The position numbers and the translations under genes were made by a program. The notes under the pieces were generated by a model. That model saw nothing but the letters and a program-made list of their open reading frames with translations. It ran no database searches and was not told the DNA's origin. Source: an uncultured archaeon (lineage in GTDB: Archaea; Asgardarchaeota; Jordiarchaeia; Jordiarchaeales; Jordiarchaeaceae). Taken from it: a stretch of 10,585 bases of DNA. Shown one piece after another: positions 8,466-10,585 of this stretch; within the stretch, counting starts at the first letter, position 1; each line of letters begins with the position of its first letter. The stretch spans positions 1 through 10,585 of the forward strand of contig CAZECW010000087.1 in assembly GCA_964510585.1 (NCBI GenBank). The letters run 5' to 3'.

Positions 8466-8948
8466 ATGGCTGAACCAAACAAACCTCCTTACGCTGGAGT
8501 GAATACACTCCACTGGACGGAAAGTAATATTGACAATTACTACGAGTATCCTGCTGGGTTCGCTGGCTCCAAGTTTTTCTACGAATTAAAAGAGAATGGG
8601 AGAATAGTGGCAAGCAGGTGTAAAAAGTGTGGGAAAACAGAACTCCCTCCTAAGGCCTTCTGTGTAGACTGCTTCGATACGGACATAGAGTATGTGGAAG
8701 TGGAGCCACCGGGATTCGTCTACACTTACAGTGTTTCTTTTTACGATTTGGATGGCTCCAAGCTTGAGAAACCCATAATTTGGGCCCTCATAGCCTTTGA
8801 GGAGGCGGAAGGCGGAATCATTCATAGGTTGGGTGAAGTGGAGCCAGAAGAAGTCTACGTTGGAATGGATGTTGTACCAGAGTTTAGACCAAAGGAAGAC
8901 CGCACTGGAAGCATTCTCGATATCAAGTACTTCAAACCAGCTGCTTGA
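8466..8948 (+). CDS. DUF35 family Zn-ribbon/OB-fold protein
   Basis: CKKC-x10-CVDC, GFVYTYS and RTGSILDIKYFKP. GAGGTGA (8454-8460) favours ATG 8466; 8463 is also possible. Confidence 0.93.
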   Translation: MAEPNKPPYAGVNTLHWTESNIDNYYEYPAGFAGSKFFYELKENGRIVASRCKKCGKTELPPKAFCVDCFDTDIEYVEVEPPGFVYTYSVSFYDLDGSKLEKPIIWALIAFEEAEGGIIHRLGEVEPEEVYVGMDVVPEFRPKEDRTGSILDIKYFKPAA

Positions 8949-8957
8949 AAACTTCAT

Positions 8958-8998
8958 TTTCCCATTTTTTTCTGGGAAATCCTTTTTTACTCCTTTTA
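8958..8998 (+). terminator. Putative terminator after the cassette
   Basis: A 7-bp stem TTTCCCA/TGGGAAA with a T-rich loop, followed by T runs (CCTTTTTTACTCCTTTT). Confidence 0.55.
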
Positions 8999-9040
8999 GA
9001 CTAGTTGTGAGGACAGAATATCAACCATTGAAGGAGTTAT

Positions 9041-9637
9041 TTGGCAAAATTGAAGTCGGAAGAAATTATTGTTTGCATTGAAAATTTGGAAAGTGGCTTT
9101 CGAATTTTTCCAATGGAGCGGGAGGAAGCCCACAGAAGGGGAGCAAAACATCTAGTAGTTAGAATCTTGGGATTCAACAGGGATGGAATGCTCCTAGTTC
9201 AGAAGAGAGCCCTCACCAAAAAGAGCCACCCTGGAAAGTACACTGATACTGCAAGCGGACACGTATTGTATGAGGAAGACTTTAGTTTTGAAACCATACT
9301 GAAGAGTGCGGAGAGAGAACTCTGGGAAGAAATGGGTGTAAGGGGGATACTAGAACCCTACTTGGAACAGAAATTCGACCCTGAAGACTGGGAGTTAAAC
9401 TATGTCTTTTTAGCACTCATAGAAGGGGAACCCAAATTCAATGATGAGGTGGAGGCTGAAAATAGCGGATTCAAAACCGTGGAGCAGCTCAGACACATGC
9501 TTAAAAACGAGAAATTCGTGTCTTTTGCAAAAGAGTTGTGGGAAAAATTCCTTGCCGACTACCCAACCACGGAAGCAATAAAAAAGTTGGCGGAGTCCCT
9601 AGAAAAAGCCCGCCTCAGAAAAGCCGAGAAAAATTAA
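9041..9637 (+). CDS. Nudix hydrolase, IDI type 1/YfcD-like
   Basis: TTG start with an AAGGAG RBS. Contains HRRGAKH, FNRDGMLLVQKRA-x2-KKSHPG and the Nudix box SGH...AERELWEEMGV. It lacks the IDI1 catalytic Cys (TDTASGH instead of a CCSH-type motif). Confidence 0.88.
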   Translation: MAKLKSEEIIVCIENLESGFRIFPMEREEAHRRGAKHLVVRILGFNRDGMLLVQKRALTKKSHPGKYTDTASGHVLYEEDFSFETILKSAERELWEEMGVRGILEPYLEQKFDPEDWELNYVFLALIEGEPKFNDEVEAENSGFKTVEQLRHMLKNEKFVSFAKELWEKFLADYPTTEAIKKLAESLEKARLRKAEKN

Positions 9638-9671
9638 GCGGTTTCTTTAACTGTCGAATTGACCCAAACTC

Positions 9672-9683
9672 AAACCTTATATA
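9672..9683 (+). promoter_or_regulatory. Putative BRE/TATA promoter
   Basis: AAACCTTATATA upstream of the 9746 ORF. Confidence 0.5.
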
Positions 9684-9745
9684 CTTCCAAAACAATCAAT
9701 TAACCCAGACTAAAAACAAAAAGCAATGTAAGTGATGTGGAAAGC

Positions 9746-10246
9746 ATGTCTGAAGAATATAAAGACGTTTTCACATGCGTAAAATGTAGAAACCCCAGGG
9801 TAACAAAGTCGGCAAGAATAGTGAAGAACAACGCAGTAATCATAGGCAAATGTTTAAAAGGACACCCTTTCAACCTCAAACTACCCATAGAGCAGGAACA
9901 CAAGTGGATCGGCTACCTAAGAGACAGCGTGTACAAGTGCCGGTGCGGAATGCCCCTAGAAGAACACAAAGTGAAAGTGGGGAAAAAGAAAACTCAGCTA
10001 GTACTAAAGTGCACAAAACACAAACAGGTAACTATGATAGATACCCTACTCTGGAACACAATAGCAGCAGACAGAGAAACACAAAAAACAATGGAGCAAA
10101 AATATGAACCCCCAACATTCAAAACAGCCAAAGAACCCGAAAATACGAAAAAAACATATTCAAAATCGAAAAAAAGGAAACCCCTGGACCCCAAAAGTGG
10201 CACCCAACCTAACCCAAGCAACAAAAGCATCCTGAAAAATTTTTGA
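9746..10246 (+). CDS. Hypothetical protein with two tandem Cys3-His (putative Zn-binding) modules and a low-complexity K/P/T tail
   Basis: C-x2-C-x21-C-x3-H followed by C-x-C-x21-C-x2-H, about 54 aa apart. ATG 9746 follows GTGAT; GTG 9737 is an alternative start. Confidence 0.8.
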   Translation: MSEEYKDVFTCVKCRNPRVTKSARIVKNNAVIIGKCLKGHPFNLKLPIEQEHKWIGYLRDSVYKCRCGMPLEEHKVKVGKKKTQLVLKCTKHKQVTMIDTLLWNTIAADRETQKTMEQKYEPPTFKTAKEPENTKKTYSKSKKRKPLDPKSGTQPNPSNKSILKNF

Positions 10247-10248
10247 AC

Positions 10249-10267
10249 CCCCTCTATTTTTAAGGGG
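10249..10267. terminator. Putative terminator hairpin between convergent genes
   Basis: CCCCT-CTATTTTTA-AGGGG immediately after the stop at 10246. Confidence 0.4.
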
Positions 10268-10379
10268 AACAGACGCTAAGAGAAACGCAAATTTTTACAT
10301 AGCCAACACTAGGCAAAAATGGGAAACATACATTCTTAGAGGTTGATATTTCTGCCTTTTTATAACTGCAGTCACCTTA

Positions 10380-10585
10380 TTATATTCCACAAAATCCATT
10401 CGGGAATAATACTGAGGAGCAGATACACCAACCATAATAAGAGCCCCTCAAACAGTTCAAAAGTCCCGCAAAACACAACAATATAAACAGGATCACAGTC
10501 GAGGAGCCCACCACATAAAATATTAAAAAGAAGTAGAGAGCGAATTTCTCTGCGCTAGTGCCACTTCTGACAATCTGCCCCAGTC
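10380..10585 (-). CDS. 3' end of a probable membrane protein (partial, runs off the window)
   Basis: The frame is open from the window edge to TAA 10382-10380: LGQIVRSGTSAEKFALYFFLIFYVVGSSTVILFILLCFAGLL..., which is strongly hydrophobic. The distal part may belong to another frame. Confidence 0.45.
   Translation of the reverse strand, partial: LGQIVRSGTSAEKFALYFFLIFYVVGSSTVILFILLCFAGLLNCLRGSYYGWCICSSVLFPNGFCGI

Noticed and set aside
3528-8957. Short antisense or alternate-frame ORFs overlapping aor, the thiolases and the DUF35 genes (e.g. 4216-4734, 6204-6401, 8586-8957)
   Set aside because: They are shadows of well-supported genes, with no motifs or RBS.
9041-9637. Calling the Nudix protein idi and the cassette a mevalonate-pathway thiolase
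   Set aside because: The IDI catalytic Cys is absent, no HMG-CoA synthase is in the window, and the thiolases lack canonical residues.
1-10585. CRISPR array, tRNA or rRNA
   Set aside because: I saw no regularly spaced repeats, cloverleaf or rRNA-like sequence.

Overview
The window looks archaeal: it has GAGGTGA-type ribosome-binding sites, TATA/BRE-like promoters, a tungsten AOR and DUF35 proteins. It has two halves. The left ~3.2 kb is an accessory zone of decayed mobile elements. It holds a frameshifted DDE (IS5-like) transposase, a 221-bp MITE-like element with 20-bp inverted ends, one intact 348-aa gene of unknown function, and a multiply frameshifted IS607-type serine-recombinase (tnpA) remnant that the ORF track misses. 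The right part is a + strand metabolic block. It encodes an aldehyde:ferredoxin oxidoreductase with atypical motif substitutions, then a tight four-gene cassette of two thiolase-fold proteins lacking the canonical thiolase catalytic residues plus two DUF35 (Zn-ribbon/OB-fold) partners. These are followed by an IDI1/YfcD-like Nudix protein, a small protein with two tandem C3H Zn-type modules, and the 3' end of a convergent membrane-protein-like ORF. The most interesting candidate system is the 2-thiolase-like + 2-DUF35 cassette beside AOR, which may be a heteromeric non-thiolytic acyl-CoA C-C lyase/aldolase module. That function is inference only; no searches were run.
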